DNA of 62,979 nucleotides, counting the filler, from Kipferlia bialata (taxonomy: Eukaryota): NCBI GenBank assembly GCA_003568945.1. It is 6 parts of 6 records of this genome, joined end to end, with 100 filler letters (N's around TTAATTAATTAA, not from the genome) between each part and the next. Parts side by side here need not be neighbours in the genome. Positions count along the whole stretch, not along the records: positions 1 to 10,805 come from BDIP01000862.1; positions 10,906 to 24,985 come from BDIP01000863.1; 4 more parts are not named here. One strand, 5' to 3'. The position numbers were made by a program, and so were the translations under genes. This document shows, piece after piece, positions 1 to 11,291 of this stretch (its first letter is position 1; each line of letters opens with the position of its first letter). The notes below the pieces were generated by a model. That model was not told the origin of the DNA, made no database searches, and saw only the letters and a program-made list of their open reading frames with translations.

Positions 1-303
1 CTTTTTGGGTTTTTTTTTTTTGGTCCCCCCCCCCCCCCCCCCCCCGCTGCTCCCGCGTATACATCATTAATATGTATGATTCTAGACATGCATTCATATC
101 CATGTGTGTGGGTTTCTATGTATGGATAGTGCCTTTCCACTCACAGTATTGTTCATCCTTCCTAACACCTCTGTCTCTTCGCTGTGGGATATATGCCTTT
201 TGCTCCATAGTAATCCTGTCAGGTCCATCACCTTGCTTACAACTCCCCCCCCTCTCTCTCCCTCTCTCCATAAATATATACATATTTACGCCCTCATTCT
301 CAG

Positions 304-363
304 GTACTTGGGTTTGGAGGTGCCATGTGGGCATTCACGGGTCTAGTCTTCAAGAGACAGGTA

Positions 364-395
<32 letters not shown>

Positions 396-1248
396 TCTCT
401 CTGAATACAATCTTCCTTACATCTGTATTCTGTCCATATTTCCAGTATACCTAGCGCTAAGAAGCATTAGTCATATACATTGATACATTTAGATATATAT
501 ATATATACGCATATAATCAACATAGCTAGTGCTGTTTGTTTCTGCATGTCTTCTTCCTCCCCCCCCCCCCTCAGTACCCCCGTAATACCAGACCGATCGC
601 ACTCCCAGAAACGTCGGTATATATGTTTCCTCCTATACACTATCTCACACTTTTCACATTGTACTATATACTCTCACTTATCCACCCGTTACTGTCAGGC
701 TGATACAACTGGCTGGAAGGTCTTCTATGTATGCACCCTGGTCTTCACCATGCCAGCATTCATACAGGTAGTATATAACTCTATATATAAGTGTATATAT
801 TTATGTTGCTCACTCTCGCCCAATCTCAGTGTATGTACCCTGCTCTTCGCCTTACCAGTACTCAGGCAGTTTCAGAATACACTGTGTTCATTATCACGCA
901 CTCTACTCTACTACAGTTGTTCCTCACTGTGCCAATATAATATAGTATATATGTGCGATGTAGTATATCCCACCTTCCGTTACACTTTGCAGTGTTTCTA
1001 ATACACACGACGTCACTCACCCCCAGAAACAGCTGGCCGCCCACCAGAGTAGGACGCAAGATCAAAAGAGAGTGGATGTTACTGAAGTAACATCTAAGAG
1101 AGAGGGAGTGGATACACCATCAGAGAGAGAGGCGGAGCGAGAGAGAGAGAGCACTGATGACGAGGATGCTGATCCTGATCCCTCACCCATACCCAATGAG
1201 TGCTTAATTGGTGACTGCATATGCCTAGATGAGGCTGATATCAAGTGA
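304..1248 (+). CDS. 3' part of a spliced multi-pass membrane protein of unknown function
   Basis: GT-AG exons give hydrophobic segments (VLGFGGAMWAFTGLVFKRQ; ADTTGWKVFYVCTLVFTMPAFIQ; EYTVFIITHSTLLQLFLTVP). The last exon 1027-1248 is open (KQLAAHQ...ECLIGDCICLDEADIK*). Confidence 0.6.
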
Positions 1249-1509
1249 ATACATGTAGAGACAGAGAGATCCTGACCCATCGCCCATACCTGATGAGTGT
1301 CTCATTGGGGACTGTATTTGCATTGAAGAGAAGGATATGGAGTAATTATATGTTTCGAGAGGCCTCTGCCTCTAGTGGAGATTGTGTACGAATAGATAAT
1401 GATGTTTTGTGGGAATATAGTATTGAAGTGTATGTATTTATATAGAGACAGAACCTTTGACAGCAGTGTCTCACAGGCATGTAACTACTATTTACCTCTA
1501 TTGAATTAT

Positions 1510-4500
1510 CAGTGTCTGGCAAACATATGGATGCAAAGTGAACCCACATGCACTCTCGACTACTGCACGCTCTGCAGCATCTTCTCCAACACCGACTCAA
1601 AGCTCCTCAGTTGCAACAACTTAGCCAGTCGGATAAGAGCCCTCACAAGGGGAACAACACATGTGCTAATGAACACATGGCATTGCTATAGGTCAGATCG
1701 TAAAGAGAGAGAGAGAGACAGAGGTGTACTATGTGAGTGTGGCTAGAAGCTATACCTTCACGGCACTCCTCTCTCCTGTGCCGTTGAACCTAACGCTACG
1801 TGTGTCAAACGTCCCTTGACACCTGTTGTTCCCAAGAGTGCTGTAGTGAGAGAGAGAGCTACCTAGTGACTACCGTAAAGGGTATATACTGATATGAGTA
1901 CACTAGGTATCTGATAAGGATAGGAGGAATCCTTTTCAATAGTAGACTGGTATTATAGTAGTAAGAGGAGAGTGGTTATCGACGTTATCTTAACGTAATA
2001 CAACGTTTAATGCACTCACCTCCTTCTGTTATGTACACTGGTGAGGGCCACTATACCCCGTAGTAATAGAGACTGACATGTGGCTGTTGGACAGTCAGGA
2101 CTTGTAAGGACACTTGGAAGTACTTCTTCTACCTGATGGTGGGAATATAACTATACTATAAACTCTAAACTATGATAGAGTTTGGGTTTCCAAATACATC
2201 ATTAAGTGTAATTACTTTTTTAGACCAGTAGCGCAATGTACATACCATTGGTCTTGCTAGCTCCATGGCCTCTTGGCGCTCTGACTCAGACAGTGACTCG
2301 TACCAGTCACAGAACATGCCGACCTGGGTAAAATTGAGAAATCCCAGAGAATCAATGAATCGCTACTTCATAATTCACATGAAGTTGAATGACTATGAGT
2401 CATAGTCTATGACTACTCAACAGAAAATCGGTTGCAGAATACAGAGTAGAGTATACTTAGTATAAATATGAGTATTACGACTATCTTCACCTCAATTGTC
2501 AAGGAGAGAATTTCTGGCACATTTGTGTTGCGTTGAAGTCTCCTCAGCAAAGAACACATTCCCATAGGCAGTCCTTCTAGTAGACCGCTCTCTTTGGCCA
2601 CAGTTAGTGTGATTCTTCAATGAGAGTCTAATGGGAGAGAATGGGAGAGAGAGAAGTGTACGTATCAGGAATGTGACTCTCGTGCAATAACACACACCAA
2701 CACATCCTGACAGTCATTCATGAACAGACACTTAATGACAACAAGGAATGTATGGATTCTTACCCGCTGACATGCGACGCCTTCGGAGGTGAGTGATGGA
2801 GTATCCCCAATACTTCGTCCTTCAAACCCTGTGACACACCTGTAATCAGTTGGAGTAGACTGCTGTTGTTCCACCAGATAGCTACACGACATGTAAATAT
2901 AATATACTTACGGAATATATATATGTGGCCCTGATTCTACTTTCACCTACCTGGGACAATGCATGTCGACACAGCGATGAGCACAGCTGCGAGTGCCTAG
3001 TATTAATACAGAGTCGCACGTGAGCATTGACGTGCGATCAAGAGTTTTCCATACCATGTGTACACTCATGTATCGGAGTCCCCCTGTACTAGCTCTCAAG
3101 GACGATACAAGGTGGTAGGTCTTATGGAGCACTGCAAGTGCATTCTCCGCACCAATTACGTTAGAGTTCAATCCCTGCTGTCAAAGAACGCTATGCTATA
3201 TTCTACGAGTGAGTATGCAACTCTTCAATGGCTAAAGAGTACGTAACTTCTCGACTAGCAGAAGAAGGGATACTAGAGACAAAGTCACCTTTAGTGTCAA
3301 GATGTATCGTCCCAATATCTTTGGACTGACATTGCAAGCTTCAAACCTGGATATGTCAGATAGAACCGGTACATATACGGTATATGTAACATATACCATA
3401 GCGTTGTACTCTTTCACTCAGTGATTGCAAATACTCTTATAATAAGAGGACCTAGGTGTTAAATCAACCCTGTTAATCGTACATACCCGAGTGTTTGGTA
3501 GACGAATAGCAAGGCAGTCTCTATGCCTCGCCCGTGACTCTGGGATAAGAATTCAATTATGCTGATCCTCTCGTATGTACATAGTGATCCTTATAGGATA
3601 ATAATGATGACAAGAGTTACAAGGTCTCCTACCTTGAGGTCTAACAGTCTTGTATCAAACTCTGTGTCGGACACAAACTGGTTCAAGGACTCCCTAGAAA
3701 TGAGTTGTTCTTTATAGTTCTTTCGACTCGTTTTCGATGAAACAGGTGTCGCATACTTTCAAGTGATTCACTATTCAAACTGCTATACCATACTAACATA
3801 GTATGATTATCCATTCTCACCTGGTCCGTGGGTCACCTATGTCCCGACGATACATGTACAGGAAGTCCTTAACACTGGCCTTGAGGTAAGAATGTACACC
3901 AAATTGTGCGTTACGTTCAAAGTAGTCTCTTCATGCAATGCCACTACTTCCTCACCTTAGAGACAGTATGTGAATTGGCTCTAAACACACCAGTCGGCAT
4001 TGTCGGTATCCACTGTGGGTGTGTCCTGACAAGCGGCAGGAGGGAGAAGTAACCGTCCTCTTCTATGCTTGTCTTAGTAATCAAACAGATAGTATCCTTG
4101 ATAGACTGCTGATTACGAGATACACCTAGGCTGGATCATCCAGCCTGGATGTCATATTGTCACAGAGAAATCAAACATAGCCATGAGGAACTCGGTGGTG
4201 GTACCTCTGCCGTTTTCTACTTCTGCGTAACACCTTCATATGCTGTCGATGCCAGAATATGGTACACACTCCACGGTTCTGGAATTGGAATTCAAGTATA
4301 GAAACAGTGCTACTGGAGACAGTAAGTGATGTAGTGCAACATGTGGGCCCCTGTATACATATACTGAGGTGTAAGTACTGTGATGCATTACCGTAAGGGG
4401 CCGTCTGTCTGGAGCCCGTGTTTCGACATAGAGCATCCATCCGAAGTGGAAGGGAAACTGAAGGAGTGAGTACTACTGTACTTACGTGGAAACCATTTCC

Positions 4501-7245
4501 AGTGACTAGTATTGGTGACGCCAAAACATACCTGTTTGTTGTGTATTTGAACAGTCAATGCCGCCACTGCAGAGTTCTGGAACGGTACGGACGGCAGTTG
4601 CATGACTTGCTATCGGGTCAGATACTGGTTCTCATGTTAGGCCTGTTCAAATGATAGAACCCACGAGATACTGGAATACATACTGTTTCTCATGATATTC
4701 AGTAGTGGAACCTGATTCTTCATGAGGTATGTCCTGACATCTGGCAGCATCATGTCAACATGGCGCAACCAGGGCCCATGGGGCTGAGATCAGCGAACAT
4801 TCAGAACAACACAGAAGAATGACGCTAAATGAATAATGCAGAGATATTGAATGATTATACACTAGACAAACCTCATAGTTCCCCAGAAAGAGAAGCCGGA
4901 ACCATGAGTCTGTGACAACGATACACATCCGTTGGGGGAACTGCACATATGGGGCATAAGGATTAGCAAGTGAATCAGAGCATCATTATCTGTATCATTA
5001 TCATAATACTAGAACACGAACTATGACACATTAACCACAGTCCGATTGGTTGGATTGCTATGTGTGCGTTATAGATGTAACTAGTGTGTGTATATGTACC
5101 GAAGTGTCTACCGATACCATTATTATACACTATATTTTTAGTATATACAATATTTGTGTTATATATATTAGTACTCCTACCTGGAAGCACCTAACTAGCC
5201 TTGATACAGAAGGGGCCCATGGGGCAGGCCATCTGTGGGGTCAGCATCTAGTGTATGCACACATATTCATGAGAGTGATTTCAATTGTGACTCTGACAAA
5301 TTGTGTGAATACCTCAGTGTATTGATTGGTTGTGGTGGAGTGTATGGAACACTGGGCACTTTGTATGCAGGGAGCATGTCTGACTTGTAGAAGCACTGGG
5401 ATACTGGCAGCCACCGACTATCATCTACGTCCTTCAGTCAGAAATTTTTGTGTCATTGGCAAATATGCATGCTGCAGTATGATAATGCAGAAAATGGCAA
5501 GACACACGTTCATTTCCATACCTCTGGAGAATAGGGAATAGTGTGGCAGGAACGATCCAAGATCCTCTGAGACACCAGATGGTACCGACAGAGCATCAAT
5601 GCATCATGCAAACTGGAGAATTAGCGGTATGTCTATCACCATTCATATGGCTCAGGCACAGACTGTATATTCTGGAATATGGTATAGGATTGTGTTTTAC
5701 TGTACCTCTGTTGTCGTGTGTCTTCTGTCATCTGAGCCAGCAACTGATAGAGTTCCCCTGAGTTAGGAGACTACATAAATTTAAGTCTTAAAAGAGTCTA
5801 CATGAGTCAGGTAACATGACAGTCTTTAACCGAGCCGCTTTGCTTGTAACATCTGCATGGTACCTGCTGCACTATAGACTGCCAGATTGTGTCCAAGCGG
5901 AACAATGTAGGGCACCTTCTTCAGATAGCGTCCTGTATGTCTCTTGCCGGCTTCTCTATACCACTTCCTAATGTTAGGCCTAGTGAATTGAATGTTTTCG
6001 AATTCTAGAGTACCGTCAGAGACTATATACACATACAACGTACTTAGTCCTTTGCATTCTGTGTGGGCTAATAACGTGGCTGTAGAGCAGCGGAAGGACT
6101 AACGTTGGTGCACAAGAAGTTAAATCCCAGAGTGCCTGTTGTTGGAGCATGTAGATACACATATTTGCAATGCACCTGGTCTGTGACTCTAGTCTACGTC
6201 CTACTCGATTCTTCATTATGAATCGGTGGGGTGTATCTATGACACTAATAATTGACTACTGGGGAATGGTTGACCTTGTATACTTCTAATAGAATGTATA
6301 TTTATATATAGTATGTCAATCTTAGTACCTTGCTGAAGACCGATATGCGAGGCAACACAACAATGTCAAAATCGTGTGGTACTTGATCGTAGGCCCTCAA
6401 CCCTGTTGGGAAGAGTGCTCTCAATATCTGGAGTGGGATAGTCCAAAGATGAAATTGTACCAAACACAAGACAACTATCTCAATGTGTAAATTGTTTTAA
6501 CTAGATTGAATTGTAAATTGTTGTATATATGGGATAGAGTATTGACCTGCAAAGACGAAAGTGGTGCGTCGTCACTGTTGTGGCCACCGTAGAGCCACTG
6601 CAGAAGTCGGAATATATCAGAGTGGTCTCTCAAGTGCATGGGACATCGCTGGCAGTAAGACAACTCATATACAGAACACATGTAGTTGATGAGGAGTTAC
6701 CTCAGCTTCCATGACATCTTTAAGTTAAAGACTTTAACCCTATGTCCCTCTAGCATGTTTGCAAGGGCAACTACTACCGGGTCTGGAACACTCTGCTTCA
6801 GAAGCAGTACCATGCACAACAGGATGTGGATAGGCAACAGACACACAGGTGTGGTCATAGCATATGCTTTTCTCTCTTGGTAATGCCATATGCGTCTGAG
6901 GGTTTCATATACCACCAGTATAGTCTGTAGCATTGTCATAGTGATGTAGACTACCATCATAGCAAGCATGGCACATGGACTCAACCTAGTTGTGAGAGAG
7001 CTCGGTTGAGATCTTGAATCTCGTACGTGGACTAAAGTTGTAGTAGTAGAACAGTTTGAAGCCACTGTGAGGCAACAGAGTCACACATACCTGGCACGAT
7101 ACCTCCCTAACAGACGTCTCTCTCTGTGCAAGTGCCTTTGTTCGTGCATTTACCACCAACTACACAGACACAAAGTCAAATACTGTGAGACTATTCAGGT
7201 GTAGAGTGACTACTATTGGCACTTAGTAGAGTGAGAGGTATTCTA
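1510..7245 (-). mobile_element. Decayed intron-containing gene, probably a Mutator/MULE-like DDE transposase pseudogene
   Basis: Minus-strand exon remnants occur in MULE order: YIVSDGT (~6020, candidate first catalytic D), LMLCRYHL (~5590, CxxH motif), SCNCRPYRSRTLQWRH (~4560-4610, SWIM-like finger with the last Cys lost). Many in-frame stops. No TIR, TSD or catalytic E found by eye. Confidence 0.45.
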
Positions 7246-7568
7246 TGGTGCGCACTGTAAGGTATACTGTATACTCAACAAGGAACACAGATACCGTAGT
7301 ATTTGTGCACTAAGGTCTACTAAGTTTACAGTATGTGTATCTATTCTGACGTCGTTATATCATTGTCATTAGTGAATATGCTTGCACTACTAAGGGAGGG
7401 GAAGAATGGTAGAGAACACTGATGGCGAGAGAGACACATCACCTCAGTTGTTGTGCAAATCTATTGAAATAGACAATCGTCTATACACCGCTAGTGAATA
7501 TAGTGAAAACTGCCAACTGATTGCCAGAAGATTCAGGATCTCTCAGCGTCTAGAATGTCACTTCTGCC

Positions 7569-7615
<47 letters not shown>

Positions 7616-7616
<1 letters not shown>

Positions 7617-7938
7617 TACTGAATGTCTGCTGGGCCAATGCCCTCCCCACCCTCAGAGCGAGGACCCCTAGGGTGAGGGTATAATGAGTATATATATATT
7701 GATAGTATACAAGGGTAAGCCTATCATGTATGAACCACATATGCTCTACCAGATGCCATATATACCAATATTGCATCATACTATAGGCTAGTAACTTACA
7801 ATAGGAATGACTAATAGTATATATCACCCAAACAGTGAACGAAGCTAGGGTATACGTGCCATGCAACATGTATATTTGCTACGGTACAATGACCGTACCT
7901 AGGTGTCTCCCCTTTGGCAAGGGAGGTCTCCACAAGCC

Positions 7939-7977
<39 letters not shown>

Positions 7978-10159
7978 TATAGTCTCACAGACTCTACTCT
8001 GCTAATAAAGTACAAACATAGTACCTAGGCGTCTCCCCCTTGGCAAGGGAGGCAGAAGTATCCTTAGACATGTATATATATGTGTGTGATTCACACTGTG
8101 AATGTGCATATAGTCTAACTACTAAACTCAGAAATAAGAGTACAACCATAGTACCTAGGTGTCTCCCCCTTGGCAAGAGAGGCAGAGGGCATCACAGAGG
8201 AGGACATGGGACTGCTGAGAATAAGGGTGTAGAGGGAGAGAGGGAGTGGGGGAGGGAGAGAGGGGGACCGTACCTGTCACTGTAGCTGTCTGAGTAGCTG
8301 CTCTCACTCTCCCGGGGTGACCTGGAGGTAAATGTATATTGATACATAAATATAATTATACATCTATACGTCTTCAATACCAACACAATATATTCTCTTC
8401 AGTACCTTGGCGACATTGACATTGACATGTCTGCCCTCTTGGCTAGATAAATGTAACCTCATCTATATAATACAACCTCCATAAGTAGTACCATAAGTAG
8501 TACAAATATATAATTATAGCTATAGCTATAGTAAAGCATGGATCATACCTAGGTGACATTGACATTGACATGTCGTCTCTGTCGTCTGATAGCCTGTCCC
8601 CATCAGAGTACTCATCACCCTCCTTGCCACCCTGGGGTCATTGGATATCATATACAATTATATACCAGCCGATATCATTAGAATACATTAGGGGTAGTAA
8701 TAGAATAGGGAGGTACGATGAAGTCACTCATCACCCTCCTTGCCACACTGGGGTCATTAGAATAAGGCACGTACTCATTAGAATAAGGATCAGGATCATT
8801 GGAATATGGATTACCGTATCATAAGATAAGTGTAATAAATCATGTACTGGAGAGTGATGCCGTCTGAGAAATGATCATCATCCTTGCCACCTGAGGGTAT
8901 TAAGAGGGACAATGCTTACATACATACGTAGGGATGTGGTAAAATGCAACTATACAGTACCATATTTCTATAGAACACAGATATACCAGTATGGAGTGTC
9001 TTTATGAAGCTATTTGATATATATATCATGAATATATGAACATACACACCTCTGACTGGGGCAGGTAGTCTGTCATGTATAACATTTGTATATATATATA
9101 TGTATCAATCAGGAAATGTATATATACAATGCATATATATACATCTATCTTATATATATATATATCATGAGTACACACACCTCAGACTGGGGCAGGTAGT
9201 CTGTCAGGAAGGACACAATGCCACGGTGCTGGAACCTAGAGGGGTGAGAACTACGCGGTAAAGAACACAACTCATCTACATGATTTACCTAGCAGCAGCG
9301 TGGATTGGCTGCCACCCATCGACGGCTCTCTTGTTGGGGTCTGCATTGCCCTCCTGAGGTGTAACATGCTGAATTGTGCGTGACATTTAATGCTACTCGA
9401 TGTGTGACAAGCTGTCCTTACCTGGATGAGGACCTTGACCACGTTGAGGAATCCGTTCTGGGCAGCGAAGTGCATGGCGGTGTAGCCACCTGGATGTGAA
9501 ATACATATTAGTAATACAATTGCAAAGAAATATTAACAAGATATCCATTATAACGAAGAAGGGTATATATGTATATTAAGGGTGCTGTACCTGAGAACTC
9601 AGCGTCTGGGTTGACAAGGTCTCTGCCCTGGGTGAGAGAGGGAGAGAGAGAGGGAGGGATAGAAAGCCAAAAATGCCGAGGATAGATATATGGTAACATC
9701 ATTCATAAGATGATGAGAGAGAGAAGAACCGACCACCCACCTGTCTCATGAGGAGCCTGACACACTCCACATTGCCAGTCTCGGCAGCCTGGGGGTGAGA
9801 GGGGAAAGGGTCAGACAGATACATCACGGATTTGTAATAGAACATATGATATTCAATAATATGACATGTATTCGGAGAATAGTAAATATGTATACATACC
9901 TTGTGCAGGGGTGTGAGTCCCTCGTCATCCACTGCATCTGAATCTCTCTCTCTCTATATATATATGTGTGTGTGCTATACACACATAGTCATGCCCATGT
10001 GTGTATATACATATACCTCGTGCAGGGGTGTCAGTCCCTCATCATCCACTGCATCTGTACTTGTATATCCATCTATATATCTCTCTCTATATATATAGAT
10101 ACATACGTATATATATGTAGATACACCTTGTGCAGGGGTGTCAGTCCCTCGTCATCCAC

Positions 10160-10201
<42 letters not shown>

Positions 10202-10767
10202 ATCTAATATATGTATTACCTATGTATATATACACATGTATATACATACCTTGTGGAGTGGTGTCAGTCCCTCGTCATCCACTGCATCTGAATCTCCACA
10301 TCTCTCTATATATATATATATGTGTGTGTACTATACATATATAGTCATGCCCATATGTGTGTATAAATATATATGTATATGTGTATAAATATACCTTGTG
10401 GAGTGGTGTCAGTCCCTCATCATCCACTGCATCTGGGTCCGCATCGGTCTCAGACAGAAGGAGTCTAGTATGAGTGTGTATATACTATATATATATATAT
10501 ATTTAATACACTATAATACTATATACTATCTATCTAAATCTATATAAATATCTATATCTATATATATATATACTGCATCTGAATCGGCATCAGTCTCAGA
10601 CAGCTAAAGTCTAGGGTAAGAATAGAAGAGTATAATATACTAGTGTGTCAGTCTTCATATGCATTTATATATACATTTATACATATATATTATATATATA
10701 TATATACATATCCATACCTCACAATGTCTGAGTACCCTCCCACACATGCGTAGTGCAGAGGGGTCCA
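7616..10767 (-). CDS. Ankyrin-repeat protein with Ser/Asp-rich tail (5' end lost at contig break)
   Basis: Spliced exons: WTPLHYACVGGYSDIVR|LLLSETDADPDAVDDEGLTPLHK|AAETGNVECVRLLMRQ|GRDLVNPDAEFS|GGYTAMHFAAQNGFLNVVKVLIQ. These carry TPLH/TAMH ankyrin motifs. Stop at 7616-7618. Confidence 0.85.
9900..10611 (-). repeat. Exon-echo array: four copies of the 3' half plus donor and one copy of acceptor plus 5' half of ankyrin exon ~10395-10464
   Basis: GATGCAGTGGATGAYGAGGGACTSACACCMCTSCACRAG|GT recurs at ~9900, 10017, 10127, 10250 and 10395, separated by TA-rich spacers. Confidence 0.95.
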
Positions 10768-10805
10768 GTATAACATATATATGTATACATACATAAGTAC
10801 TATAT

Positions 10806-10905
10806 NNNNNNNNNNNNNNNNNNNNNNNNNNNNNNNNNNNNNNNNNNNNTTAATTAATTAANNNNNNNNNNNNNNNNNNNNNNNNNNNNNNNNNNNNNNN
10901 NNNNN
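10806..10905. other. Artificial contig linker
   Basis: 100-nt N run containing TTAATTAATTAA (stops in all six frames). Confidence 0.97.
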
Positions 10906-11291
10906 CAATATACTCCACCATATACAAATGGGGTGGGTGGGTCTTCATGGTCATGTCAGAACCGGACTCAAGCAAGGTACAAGCTATATATATTTACACT
11001 ACACTATATACTATATACTACACTATTTACTATTTACTATATACTATACTATTTGCTATTTACTATACTATATACTCATGGGGTGGGTGGTCTTCATGGT
11101 CATGTCAGACCCTGACTCGGGCGAGGTGGGGGTATATTGATATACTATATACTATATATACTACTATACTTTACATACTCCTGGGAAGGTTGGTGTTTGA
11201 TATACTCCGTCTCTATCTCGCTCACTACGAGCCCCAGTGGATACATCTGTCTCTATTCCTCTATACATACCTATTCTCTCTCTCACCCCAG

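Noticed and set aside
6745..6800. CSRPGSSCPCKH as a second SWIM finger
   Set aside because: The second Cys is missing and the frame is interrupted by stops, so it cannot be supported by eye.
1510..7245. TAA/TAG=Gln genetic code, as in hexamitid diplomonads, to explain in-frame stops
   Set aside because: Intact genes here end in TAA or TAG (SmF, LSm6, HECT) and TGA stops also interrupt the relic.
9900..10440. Repeat-spacer periodicity resembling a CRISPR array (also 30134-30685, 34820-35400)
   Set aside because: The repeats are exon fragments with codon-level variation, the spacers are low-complexity intron DNA, the context is eukaryotic and no cas genes are present.
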